DNA of 51,798 nt, the filler included, from Catajapyx aquilonaris (lineage: Eukaryota), in assembly GCA_000934665.2 (NCBI GenBank). It is 2 parts of 2 records of this genome, joined end to end, with 100 filler letters (N's around TTAATTAATTAA, not from the genome) between each part and the next. Parts side by side here need not be neighbours in the genome. Positions count along the whole stretch, not along the records: positions 1 to 25,817 come from KZ539323.1; positions 25,918 to 51,798 come from JYFJ02005296.1. One strand, written 5' to 3'. A program made the position numbers and the translations under genes. Below are positions 25,010 through 37,641 of this stretch, one piece after another. Position 1 is the first letter of the stretch; the number at the start of each line of letters is the position of its first letter. The notes beneath the pieces are model-generated. The model was not told the DNA's origin, did not search any database, and saw nothing but the letters and a program-made list of their open reading frames with translations.

Positions 25010-25098
25010 CATGATAACTTATAATTGGTTCACATGATAACTATTATAATTGGTTCACATGATAACTATTATAATTGGTTCACATGATAACTATTATA
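25010..25098. repeat. ~23-bp minisatellite (~4 copies), interrupted by SINE copy B
   Basis: Unit CATGATAACTATTATAATTGGTTCA-like, continuing at 25441 beyond the SINE. Confidence 0.85.
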
Positions 25099-25440
25099 TA
25101 TATATATTTTTTTACGTTACCCCGTGATAAGGCGGAGCCTTTTTAGGGGGGTGGAATACCACCATTTCACTCCATTTTCATATATTAACTTCATTCACCG
25201 GTGCAAGGAGTCAAGGATGTAGGGTAAGGATAGGGATTTTTGAGGAGGGTGCAAGTGCAAGGTCTGTAAAGGGGTCATGTGCTGTTCCCCAGGAGGTTAT
25301 AGGTTGCCAGACACCTCCTTGGTGCAGGTCAGAGACCCTCCTGACGCAGGTGAAAGGAAAGTTCCCCAGGCGGGGATCGAACCTGGGGCCTTTCACTCAG
25401 CAAGCCGAGACGTTACCATCACGGCCACCACACCTCCCCC
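25099..25440 (-). mobile_element. SINE family 1, full-length copy B
   Basis: Reverse complement begins GGGGGAGGTGTGGTGGCCGTGATGG (A box)...GGTTCGATCCC (B box). Same body. TSD TGATAACTATTATA (25085, 25441). Confidence 0.9.
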
Positions 25441-25817
25441 TGATAACTATTATAATTATTGTTTCAAATAATATTTTGTTGTTTCGAAAAGTTGTATGTA
25501 ACGTGCAAAAATATTACTACGTAATTCGGCCAAGGTCTCGATATAACTTGCATGTTTGCGACAGATTCTATTGGCGGAAGCGACAACAACAAAAATTGCA
25601 AAAAAAAAAAATCTAGTGTACAAGTATGACTACCGTGCGCAATCTGTAATTGTCGACCAGGAAATAGCCTTCGCTGATTTTTACGACATGCAATAGAGTT
25701 CGGGTTGGCAGAAAAGAGTGTACATTATATGCAATTACACATGCTCAGCAGCTGCTGCTTGGCTTTAATGATCATGCGACGGAAAATTTTCGCGGCGCAA
25801 TTGGTTTGATTTTAATT

Positions 25818-25917
25818 NNNNNNNNNNNNNNNNNNNNNNNNNNNNNNNNNNNNNNNNNNNNTTAATTAATTAANNNNNNNNNNNNNNNNNNNNNNNNNNN
25901 NNNNNNNNNNNNNNNNN
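25818..25917. other. Artificial contig-joining spacer
   Basis: Exactly 44 N + TTAATTAATTAA (stop codons in all six frames) + 44 N = 100 nt. Confidence 0.9.
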
Positions 25918-28900
25918 CGACAAATGTCCCCACAATTGGAACTGGTCCCCACAGCTACAGTAAAACCACAGACTTCCGTCCCCAGACCTTAGTCAAGACC
26001 TGATCACACACACAGAAAAAAATTCTGGATCCCCCACTGAGAGGGGTAGGCACGACACCGATTACCTTATTTACATTTTTCGAACGACAAATGGAGCTCG
26101 TCATACCAACACAAACTATGGTAAGATCAAAACTTTAAACATTTCTTACCATTTCAAAACTTAAGTCATTCAGATATGTCTACAAGTTTTTGAATTATAT
26201 AGGGTTTTAAAATCCGAGCATACTTTTTCGATCACCTTGTATTATTAAGGCAAGACATTACAGCGTTTCAAATGTAGTAGGCCCTCCTGTAGTCTGGGAG
26301 TTTAAAGGTTTTATACGTTCGCATAAGTTTGGAATGTAGAACAAAATTAAGCCACTGAATTGGGTTTAGTGGCAAAACGAAATTAGTTATGGTTTCAGTG
26401 ATTAAACAAGCTATTTTCATAGTTACATTATGATTACAAGCATGAAGGTTGCAATTGATGAAGCCAAAACATGCGATAGTTCTTGCATCACCTGATCTGA
26501 CAAAAAGGGGTGGACACATCTTGCATCCAGAAAAATACAGAAAACCTGCCCCGATAACGGTGAGTGTGTGCAATGGCTCGTAAGGTCCGTCGCATACTGA
26601 TCGTGAGACCTTGAACAGAATGGTGCAATTGGGCGTACGTCTGGTGTTCTCTTCCTCGTACCGTATGCTTTTGGCTGGCAAACAGGTCACGAACGAAGGA
26701 GGTCCGGACAGGACGGGGTGTAGGTGATGTGTGTATGCCCACCGCTGGCCCAGGTCCGCATTCCTTAACTTTGACACTGGACATTGTCGCCTATTCCCCA
26801 ACTGCGGGGTGCCTTCCTTCAGACAACCCATTTGAAAATGCGCTTTGTCACTTTTGTAACAAGCACTATTTTTATCCTTGACAATTTTCAATATATGCCA
26901 ATAAAACTCGAATTATGCAGAAAATATCTCCTAACATATGTAGCCTACAGTACATATTCATAGTGCAAATGGCCCCGCCCATTCGCCACCTTATCTGACT
27001 GTAATACTTCGGATCGACGATCGTGATAACTGAAGGCGATAAGAGTTCCGAAAGACGCGGAGTTGTCATGCCTTGAGTATGATAATTTCAGAGATACCTT
27101 GCGTCAAGTGCATGACATATGACAACTTCGCGTCACGGCTAGCTTCTTATCGACTTCAGTTATCCGGAGTGGGTGACATTCAGATAAGGAGGTGGGTGGG
27201 AGCTGTCTTTAAGCAGAGGTTGAAGAATACCATACCCACGTCCACTTGCAATAAGTGGAAAAGGTTGTTTATTGCATTTTCCACTTACTAGCCTGTTTTC
27301 AATTACCTTGTGTAGTGTGGAAACCAATTCTTTCTATTTTAGTGGTGAGATAATCAATTTATTAAGTGGAAGAAAACCTGTTCCACATACATTAGATTTA
27401 AGTCTATTGCTGATGTCACTTTGAGATATTCTTTGGCGAAGCCATTTCAAAGAAATAATGTGAATCTACTAAGATAGCTAAATGATTATACGGTATGAGT
27501 CAATGGTAGTAAGTAGTTGACCAAAATAATAACCACCGGAGTACTGAGACCCAATCCTATCAACAAAAGTTTTTTTTAAATCATTTTTTGCCTTACCTCA
27601 GTACTTTTCGTCTCTTAGCGTCATGCCTGTTCAATGCAGTGTAACAAACATTGACACCTTAATAATAATAATCTCTTATATGCTATTCACCAAAATCGGA
27701 AAATAAAATAAAATAAGTGCGATTTTAAAACATTGTAAGCAAAGACCGCAAAGACCAATCTGTTATGTGGTACAGTACTGCCATGTGTAGGCCTATACCA
27801 AGTACACGTTCATATAATGGACTCCAAGTAAACGAGAGAAAATAAAAAAGTAACGTAATTTTATTTGTTAAAAGCCACTTAAATGATAGTGCCCCAATAT
27901 TTGTATAAGAATAATGGTAGCTTTGTTTATTTAATACATGAACCCCACTTTACCTTATCTTTAAAAAGTAGGTTATCAGAAGACATTTTGTACTAAAGCC
28001 AATTTTGCAACACAGCTGCTCTGAAAGACAGTTTCCTGCGTTTATTGAACCACCGACAGCATCACTGATTTTACTATCTTTTCCGATAAGAACATAACAT
28101 CTTTCTAGAAGGACAAAAAGAGGTGACTGTCACTGAGTGGAAGAAGGGGAGAATGGAAGGAACCTTTTTCAAGACTTCCAGCAGAGGCAATGTACACTGT
28201 ACAGTATTTGTAACCAAAACCCGCATCTCACTGTAATTATCATTGCAAAACTTCTCTGGCAGTGCATGTATAGGTCGCAGGATGTTATGTTAAAAATTTG
28301 TTGAAACAAGTTATGTCTTCCATCTTTCATCTACGTAACCAATCTAGAAAAATAACACTATTTATTTTGCCCTATAATGTGATAGAATATTATAGGCCCC
28401 TACTGAATATCTTATGACAATGTTTAAAAGGATGTGTGGAGTGGTGTGCAATCAAGTTGAGTTTTCCTAGGAGTGCATTTTTCATCGTGATGATACTGAG
28501 AAGTCACTAACTTGTCAGACGAGATGTAATGATCATACAGCTTTTATATCACAGGTTTATGCAACATTGTTTGCCTCAGTCACACCCTCGCCTAGCTGCT
28601 GTAGGCCTTGAGAAGTTGTTCTGCAGAGCCGCCGCCTGGCAACGTATATGATGTTGCTGGCAGTAAGGTTCCAATTAGGCTGCAGTTGTAGTACAGAAAG
28701 ATGGGGAATGAAACCAATTATAATTCAACATATTCTAGACCCAATCAATGATAAGTAGTAATTTTCCTGTTCCAAGAGCCTCCTTATTAATGAACGAAGT
28801 TATTTGATTTGGAAAAATATGCATTATTTACCAGTTGGAATAATTGTAAACTCCAATTTTATTCTGACGAAATTAATTTTTCTTGAAACTATCTCTTTAA

Positions 28901-29630
28901 CCCTCTGTTTTATTAGGGGAATTCGGAGGCAACGCGTTTCTGACAGTGAGTGCATAGCCACTTCGACTCCGCAAACTGCATTGTGATGTACTGTGTAAAT
29001 CTCATGCACACCTTTAGACAAAGTTGATTTGGCCCCTCAGGGTCGCGGGTGACTGAGCGGCTCATGTGGGATACCTTTGATGCAATAAATAAATATACCC
29101 TACTGACATTTTCATCCCATGATATCTGCTTATTCTGATAGCGTATCAAAAGGAGCTTTATTGGTTTTGTTATGTTCTCATGTGCGTCAGAGCCGGGCAA
29201 ACAAGGGATGTTTAAACTAGCAAGTTAGTATAGTAGTGTGCCTCATTTTCATTTCATGTGTTTTCTACCCTACAAAATATATGTGGATTGTACCGGTATA
29301 CCAATATATATTAGTTCAAACTGATATTTGTGAAACTATTACATTCATCTAGTACATAGCAAGAATTTCGTTCAAAGTCACAAAATGCCAAAAGCATGAA
29401 GCCTCCGAGGCTTAATATTTCTTGAACACTGCGCGACTCAACAAGCCTGGTGTGTGGTCTCTCTCGCGTGACCAATCATGGCAGATGTAAAATAGTAATG
29501 TTTGAACATCCTAATCTTTTCAAATTACTGATATCAGCCCAGACAAATGAATTCCTCCTCATCTTTTGGTGCTTGTAGTATTCGGATGATTTCCTACTTT
29601 TCTTATTTTCACTATTACGATACCACCGCG

Positions 29631-29678
29631 GTTCAAGTTTTATTTACTAGCCCGCGGGCTAGTAAATAAAACTTGAAC
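29631..29678. repeat. 48-bp perfect palindrome with no spacer
   Basis: GTTCAAGTTTTATTTACTAGCCCG|CGGGCTAGTAAATAAAACTTGAAC. Confidence 0.95.
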
Positions 29679-31997
29679 TTTAGAGGATTTTTGTCCTAGG
29701 CCTGGAATGTCCACAGATGTCCAAAGCGAGACACTGGAAAAATTCCGCTTATTTTCCACCTCCCATGTACCGTACCCATAAATGCCATGTGAACTATCCG
29801 CATACCAACCACTACATCCAATCCACATGCAAGAAGCCGAGACCAAACACCAACCTGCATCATTTTGTGTCACTAATGATCAGTAAGTTTCATTTCTCCC
29901 CCCCCCCNCCCCCCCAGAACACTCACGCACGCACCTTCTCCTACTCCTGTCACGTTACAAACAAGTTGTCGTGGAACAAGTGGAACAACCTCGTTTTCAG
30001 GTCACGAGGCCGTGAAACCCCAAGGAATTTTCACTCGGATTTGAATGGTTATGAAAAAGAAACTGGTTTCTCCCAAGCCAATTCGCAATCGTAAATAGGT
30101 CTCCCTTTTGGAATGCCCCCACCATTTGAAAACATCCAACTAAAGGACACCCCAGCATAAAAATAATCCGCAATGTTCCTTTGCGGGTCAAGTGACCCCA
30201 AGTAGAAGGTCCAAAAGATTGAAAGAAAAACCCCGTGAAGTAAATTTTCGGCCCATGCATGGGTCTTTTTATTTCCACCCTAGTCATAAATTCCCAGGGT
30301 ATGACGCGAAAGCAGGCATTTGCTGTTAGATCACTTCCATAAATGTCAGGCTTTTCCACCTGGCCTAGGTGGTTGGAGGAGGGGTTTACCAGCATGAAGT
30401 GGAGGAGTGTCTGTCGCCTTCTCCGTGGATGAGAAGCCTGTTTGGTGGAATTTTCGTGACCCAACTCATCACTCGGCGACGGAGGTGGCCGATTTCGCAC
30501 ACATCGGGGCATCGATATTGTTCAGGGTTCAATATTATCTGGCCATCGTCTGCCGTGCCTTATGAGGGGGGAATTTTACGGCACTTTGATACAGACTATG
30601 TTATTAAAGTTGGGGTTTGATGATTTAAATTGGTTTTTCAAGCCGGACAGCAATCGTGGTTGGAACGTCAGTGTTGCGATATGTGCCCATTATTTTGGAT
30701 ATAAATGCCGAAATTTTTTAACCCCCCACCCTGTAATCATATTGGTATGTGAGAAAGCAACACCCGACATATTAGTTGAGGGAGTATGTAAAACGGGTAC
30801 CACATGTCTATAGTGTTCATGGGAGAGAAGAAGAGGGCTTAGAGAAAATGAAAAAAAAAATGAAGAAGAAAGAGAGAGAAGCAGTTTTGATCGCATGATG
30901 AGGAAGAAGCCGGTTGACCTCGAGGGTCCGGCCAACTTGGCTGAGATTACCGCATTCCTGGAAGATGAAAATTCTTTATTCAAGCCTATCACGCTCTCAC
31001 GATTTCCCATCATACCCCTTCACACACTCCCCAAGCATGTTGTTATGTAGTCAGATACGGTCTTCAAAAGGGGTGACTTTCCCGAAGGGGTTTTTGGGGG
31101 TGGGTTGAAACCACCTCGAGGTTGGTTTATTGAAGGGGGTTGCAAGGGCTGGGAGAAGAGAGAGAAGGAAAAAAAAACAACAACATGGGATTTATGGCTA
31201 CGAAGGAATTTTTCCAAGCCTCTCCCATCTTGACGCTTTTTTTTGTCTTTTTTTACCACCTGTTCGAACGGTGTACAGATTCCAGAAAATTCTTATACTG
31301 AAAAAACTTTATTAGCTGATGTGCTGTACATTCAGTTGCGATTGAAAACATCCAAGAGGAACTTAGCAAGTCCGTAACATCCGGACTATGACATCAACAG
31401 TTATCAGATTGTCAACTTCACATTACTGGTTACAGCATAGAGTGGAGGAAGCTTACTTACAATTGTCCAATACAGTATATGGCATCATTACTAATATAGT
31501 AAAATCCCTGCTAATGACCGCTTGTAAAGGTGGGTATCCCACAGACGATTTTCCTCTTACATATGAAAAAACAACTGCACAGAAATGCCACCCAGTGTCA
31601 ATATTTATGTTGCTTGTCTTGCCATGTGGTCTGGCATATGGTCACAGTTGGTTGGGCACAACAGAATCCTATCAGAGTGGACCATACTAACTTTAACACC
31701 TGAGATTTTTTTGAGAACAAACTGGGAGCTGGTGAATAAATTTTCAGCAGGAACCATTTTTGTTCTATTATGTTACACACAAAATGTATAATACATTGCA
31801 TTTTTATTGAAATAATACCGTAAATTGGGCGCTATGCTAGAGCTACCGTTGCCATTGCCCATTCCATTAGTAGTTCAGCATATTATGTAGAGTACAGTCA
31901 GGTGGACCATGATGTGTACATATAAGACTCAAATAAAACTGTCTCACCTAAGAATACTGAAAAATAAATTTTGTGTGGATACCCATCTACATACGTA

Positions 31998-32940
31998 CAT
32001 GGGTTAGACATAATAATAGGTGGCCCTGCGAAAAGTGATTGAAACTTTGCGTCTGTTTTATTTGAAAACTGGAAAGGTTACATAGTTTTGAAGCTCTGCC
32101 AATGTACATTTGTCGACGTATCCATATGATGCAAAAATCATGAGAAGGGGAGAGAAACAAAAGACGAATGATACCCCCCCCCCCCCAGGCCCAATTTTTG
32201 ACCAGTGCCCCATCCTTTTCTGAAAACGAAACAGTTACAGATATGAACCGGACTTAGTTTTGAAGCTCTATCGATGTCACTTTGTGTAATATAGAGATGG
32301 ACCAAAATTACTGACAGAGGGCGGGAGGAGGATAGAAACGACACCCCCCCCCCCTCCCTGGCACTGCTTTAATGCTTTCCGACCCACTGCTAGTTAGTAG
32401 TTACTGCTAACTTAGCAGTACCAGTGCCAAATATGATACTGCCAAGTTAGTAGTAACTAGTAGGGGGACGAAAATTCGACCCAAACTTACTATGCATTAT
32501 TTTGTCCAACCTCTTCTCAGATTTAGTGCCGGGGAAGGTGGGTGTCGTTTCTATTTCTTACCCCGCCCCCTGTCAGTAATTTTGGTCCATCTGTATACCA
32601 CCAAGAGCTAATATATTAATTATTGATACCACACAAAGTGACATCGCTAGAGCTTCAAAACGCAGTCAAGTTCATACCTGTAACTGTTTTCGTTTTCAAA
32701 TGAAAAGGGTGGGACACTCTAGTCAAAAATGGGGCCTGGGGGTGGGGGTGAGGGTATCGTTCATCTTTTGTTTCTCTCCCCTTCTCGTGATTTTTGCGTC
32801 ATCTACATACCTCGACAAATTTACATCAACAGAGCTTCAAAACTAGGTAAAAGTCATATTTGTAACTTTTCCAGTTTTCGAATAACCACAAAATTTCTAC
32901 TGCTTTTCACAGGGCCCCCTGTTATTCTGTCCAACCCCTG
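31998..32940. mobile_element. Fold-back non-autonomous Tc1/mariner-like element with ~370-410-bp inverted arms
   Basis: Termini CATGGGTTAGACATAATAA / TTATTCTGTCCAACCCCTG, flanks TA/TG. Arms align throughout (e.g. GATGGACCAAAATTACTGACAG versus CTGTCAGTAATTTTGGTCCATC). GTTTTGAAGCTCT occurs twice per arm. Confidence 0.85.
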
Positions 32941-33553
32941 TGTAAGTTATAAGAGCTGATCCACCCGTATAGGATATTACCAACTGAGTTACTCTGTGCA
33001 AAAGTTTCTCCGACGGAAAGTTGATTTTTCCTAAACTAACAACGACATTGCAGTGTAATACACGTCTTTTGTATTATTCCACCAATTGCGTGCCGTCCAT
33101 GTAATAATATTAAAAATAACATTTACACTATATTATCAAAAAAATACATATCAACTTAAAATACGTATCATACATGTACTATTTCCAGGTATTCCGTGTT
33201 TTGTAATTCTACTTATATAATAATGCTATGTAATATATTGTGCTATCTAATCTTAGTTTGCACTGTCAAAAATACACGTATTTCCAGCTCTTCTCTTCAC
33301 ACACTGGTGGGCCTTCAAGAGTATACAGTAGATTACCTACATCTAATAATCAAGATCACATTCAGGTAGAGGTCCATAAAGTTTTTCGAATGTTAGGGAG
33401 CTATAAGAAAATACTGCTAACAAGTTTCCTTGTGTGCGCAACATATTCGCCATTTCTGCAAACTTGGAATGGCTGGCACGTATCACATGATATACACAAT
33501 ATGACGCCCGATGTTCAATGCTAGTCAGTCTATGACAACTACTACCAACTCAT

Positions 33554-34355
33554 TCACACGATAGTTTCTATATCCTGCACAATCCTGAGGTTTGGCTGGT
33601 TGATGACTAGACCCGGCCTAGTTTGAGGCCTGCACCTCCTGGGAGGTTTAACCACACTCCGGGCCTTCCTCCGTATTTGTCTAGAAGGCAAAGAGGAGCT
33701 TCTGGCCCGATACCGCCTTCGTACCTGTCTCCTCCTCACCCTCCGTCTCTTCCCCGGGTCATCCGGAGTAGCCTGACCCCCCCTGGGTGGGTCACTACTC
33801 ATCAACCATGCCCGAACATACTCCAACCCGGAAAAGTCAGCCCGGAGCAAACTGGCCATATTATGAGGAGGACTAGGCCAAGTGGTGCAGGAATCTACCG
33901 AATCCGGATAATACCCAGTACACTCGCTCGGTGACGGATAATCCGTAGTGGAACTGTCTGGTTGGGGCACCTGGCAGTCGGTCAGCAGTGGGTCGTGCGA
34001 GTGTAGGCACGTGGCACATACCACCTGCAGTCTCTTCTGCGCGTGGAACAACCCGGGAGGTTTGGTTCCGGGTGTGGATTTGTCCCCCCAGATGTATATC
34101 CCGTAAGACGTGGGACTAGTGTCGAACATGGTACAGTGGCATGTTCGTGGCGGTGGTTCAGAAGTGGACGGGGCGGTCACAACTGGAGCTGACTCAGGAG
34201 CGCCATCTTTCTTGGTCACGGTACCGCAGGAGAGGGAGCTGAAGCTGGTCACTGATTCCGGAGGGTTGTCGTCGCCTACGCATACGCCACCGGGCTTCTG
34301 GCCTGCCTCCAGAGTGTTCGTGTTGCGGCTGTTGGACGACCCGTTGTCTGTTGAC
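33554..34355 (-). CDS. XKR: XK-related protein, terminal exon (cytoplasmic tail ending IETIV*)
   Basis: TCTTGTCTTCAG| acceptor. TG from the previous exon + G = Trp puts it in the frame of ORF 33554..34252. GC-rich 802-nt open frame. Assignment to XKR rests on phase and position. Confidence 0.7.
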
Positions 34356-34991
34356 CTGAAGACAAGATGTCCGATTAGGAGTTTGGCATAATTTTCTATA
34401 CTTGTTCTGAAAAGTCATTTTCATTCCGCTTCCATTTACGATCCATCATTATCACGACAATCAATTATGCTAATTTTAAATATTCGTGAATTAGCCTATA
34501 GGTTATTAGCAATAGATCTACTAGTAGTGCAATCATGAGCATATTAACAGCGTACCACCGCTGCTAATGTGAAAGGGCTATACCACTCGCTGAAGAATAA
34601 ACGTCAGCTTCAAGGTGCTATGAGCCACCTCCCTTTCCCCTACAATTTTCTCTGGCTGTTTCGAAGAAAAGTATACGTATCATATAGATCCGCATGTGGT
34701 AGACGAAGCTTGTCTGAGAATGAAAATTTCACAGAAATAATTAGAGGATCCGGGAGCTTCCTCTTTTTATGGCCTTTCGTTCAGTAAAGTACTTTTATCG
34801 AACACCCCCAACAAATTGGGCACCAGTTGGTTAGTTAGGGTCAAAGTCATGGAATTTTCCCAAGGTAACCAACTGGTGCTTTATTTTTTGCTGTGCCCTT
34901 CGTAAGAGAACAATGTGATGGAAAAGTATACTTCAAAGGCTATAGTGTAAAATATGCATCTCCTACTCCTTCACTTTAAATAATGTGCAAT

Positions 34992-35179
34992 CATGACCCC
35001 TTTACCGACATTGCACTTGCACCAATGTTCCCTCCCCAAAAAAATCCATATATCCTTACCTCATGTCCTTTCATCCTTGCACCGGAGTTAGAAGAAAAAA
35101 TCAGAAAATTGAAGGAAAAATGGTGGTATTCCACCCCCCCCTATAAGGGCCTATGGCCCTATCACGGTAACGTACAAAA
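34992..35179 (+). mobile_element. SINE family 1, 5'-truncated copy D (in XKR intron)
   Basis: CATGACCCCTTTACCGACATTGCACTTGCACC... 3' half of the family, with its own TSD AATGTGCAAT (34982, 35180). Confidence 0.85.
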
Positions 35180-36000
35180 AATGTGCAATATTACAACAAA
35201 TGGCACTTTCAAATGAACCAATAATACATAATATTATGCATGGCCACATGAAGCTCATAAAATCATTTAACATGGTCAGAATAAGTTTTAAATCCGTCAG
35301 CAATGATCGGTGTGTACAATATTGGATTCGCGAAAAATAAAATTCCTTTCAATCAATGATGTGATAAGCATCCTTCTATGAAATATCGCATTTGCATAAT
35401 GAAATGTTTTGCTCACAATTCTAGAAACGTTTTATTTAAATACTTGCGAATCACTTCCGATCACGTCTAATTTTCCCTTAATTTTGCATTAATATATGAA
35501 TGCAGTATAGAACTTGAATATAACGCCTTCCGTTATTCATGTAAGGTTCCCTGGGATAAAGGGCGTATGAAATTCTCGGGTCTGACATTTCCATAAAGTT
35601 CAAAATAGCGGTACTAATTTATTTGCACTTGGGATAGACAAATTCGGTGATACTGTGCAACGTTGATATAACGGATCACATTTTTGGTCGGTTGGTGTTA
35701 AAAGAGTTTGTCTGTTACTTTGTAGAGTGCAGGCTACTTTTCAGTTGACTGCAACGCACATTCCCCATGCACTATCGAAGGTGTCGAGTGTGCCACCCCC
35801 ACTTAAGAAAAACTTACTAATCCCGTAGAAAAGGTCAAATTAAATGGGTCATCTCACACTTCGCACACTAATGAATCTCTGCATCATAGGCAATCAAGGT
35901 TGTCGTGAGGAAAGACAGGAAATTCCGGGCTGCCAAGGGCAGTTTGGAATAGCAGCAGTCATTGAGAAGGTATTGTTTGATTTACTGGGAGATAGTTATG

Positions 36001-36075
36001 AACCCATGAATTTCCACAGGTTCCATGATTCCTGAGTTTTCAATGGGACTTGGGACAAGTGGAAATTCATGGGTT
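36001..36075. repeat. Inverted repeat with perfect 17-bp arms (possible small MITE)
   Basis: AACCCATGAATTTCCAC / GTGGAAATTCATGGGTT. A similar 14-bp-arm structure lies at 34820-34879. Confidence 0.7.
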
Positions 36076-36505
36076 TAAATCGTGGACATGCAGATGAAAT
36101 CCACTATGTCCAATTTTGTCAGTTTTGAGTTATTTACACCACTAAGCAGCACCCCTTTTTTCGTTATCGCCTGGTGAATACCTAAACTAAGATTCATAAT
36201 AAACCAGCAAGCCAGTATTTTCTGCCTTCACTAGCATGGAAGCAAGCACAAGGTCAAATATTTGCTTTGGATTATCTCGAAACTTGTATTTTTTTGGGAC
36301 TTATAGTGGATTTCTTTCTATGGACAAGAATTTAAAGTCATATATTGCTTTTAAAATAAGTGGAATAAAAATATATGGGAAAGAGTAACCCCTACTGGAG
36401 TGCGGGAGGCGGCAGGGTGAGTGATGGCTGGGGGGCAGCTTGGCTGTTTCGCAAAGGTAAGGATGCAAAGATTGATTTTTTGGATTTTGGAAGGGATATG
36501 CTGTA

Positions 36506-36531
36506 CCAACCTAACCTAACCTAACCTAACC
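36506..36531. repeat. Short interstitial (CCTAA)n/(TTAGG)n tract
   Basis: Four perfect CCTAA units. A degenerate TTAGG run is at ~10453-10482. Confidence 0.75.
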
Positions 36532-36717
36532 TTCCTTCCTTGCGGATACGGACCCATCTTCAGCCATACAGACCTATCTTCAGCGGATACACGCCTATCC
36601 TTTATCCTTGCCTTTGCGACACAGCCTGCTGTCCCCACCGACTACTACCCTCTCGACTCCCGCACGCCAGTAAGGTCAACATTATCCGTATAATACTTTT
36701 AATATCAAGTTCAAAAA

Positions 36718-37078
36718 GGGGGAGGTGTGGTGGCCGAGATGGTAACGTCTCGGCTTGCTGAATGAAAAGTCCCAGTTCGATCCCCGCCTGGGAGTTCCCT
36801 TTCACCTGCGTCGGAGAGTGACTCTGACCCGCACCTTGGAGGTGTCTGGCAACCTAACCGCCTGGAGGATTGCACATGACCCACACATAATGAAAACGCA
36901 CTTGCACCCGTGTCCCCTCCCCAAAAATCCCTATCCTTACCCAATGTCCTTGATTCCCTGCACCGGTGTTCGAAGAGAAAAATGAAAAATAATACCGAAA
37001 ATATGGTGATGTCCCGCCCCCCTAAGAGAGCCAATGGCTCTAGCACGGGGTAGCAAAAATAAAAAATAAAAATAAATA
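36718..37078 (+). mobile_element. SINE family 1, full-length copy C (in XKR intron)
   Basis: A box TGGCCGAGATGG, B box GTTCGATCCC, A-rich tail, TSD AATATCAAGT(T/C)CAAAA (36701, 37079). Confidence 0.9.
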
Positions 37079-37641
37079 AATATCAAGTCCAAAATAAGTT
37101 CATTTGAAGACTTGAAATGCAAAACTACCATGAGGTCACATTTTCTTCGAAATTGATCTACAGGGAGGCATTCTGTAATCCTGCCATCGAATATTGTATT
37201 TTCAGGTGGTCAATTTTCTTATAGAGAAATTCTTGAAAAAAATCATCAATTAGGGAACATGCAATCATTAATTTTCAAACCCTTATATCTCGAAATTAGT
37301 CAAATGCGACTCTGATCGTTGTGCATGTCATGTATTCATTTGAGGTGCAGTAACTTACATCCGCGTTCTACTGTTAGGTAGATGATAAGGAAAAATTTAT
37401 GAGGAGGTCATTATTAACCAATTAGCATTCATGAAGCCATAAAAACGGTCGTCCTTATTATGCATCTTAGTACTTAGGAGCTGGAAAAGTAATGGCAGAA
37501 TCATGTTACATTTTCTGTTTCTCTCGGTGTAGAGCTGAAAGATTAGTAAGTCAGTTGTGAGCAACATCGCCTTAGTGTTCTCTTTAGCGGACAATTAAAC
37601 CACGAGTAGTTTGCTTCATGTGTTACGGAATTTATAGAATT

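Noticed and set aside
16169..26241. Mariner-like ends CAGGGTGATT (16169) and GATCACCTTG (~26239) as one 10-kb element
   Set aside because: The TIR match is weak and the ends lie on opposite sides of the artificial junction. More likely independent remnants.
26268..26891. 207-aa ORF and overlapping 98-aa ORF as a gene or transposase fragment
   Set aside because: No recognisable domain or DDE motif and no clear splice structure. Only a vague HTH-like resemblance; needs a homology search.
36506..36531. True telomere
   Set aside because: Only four units, inside an intron. At most an interstitial or transposon-associated tract.
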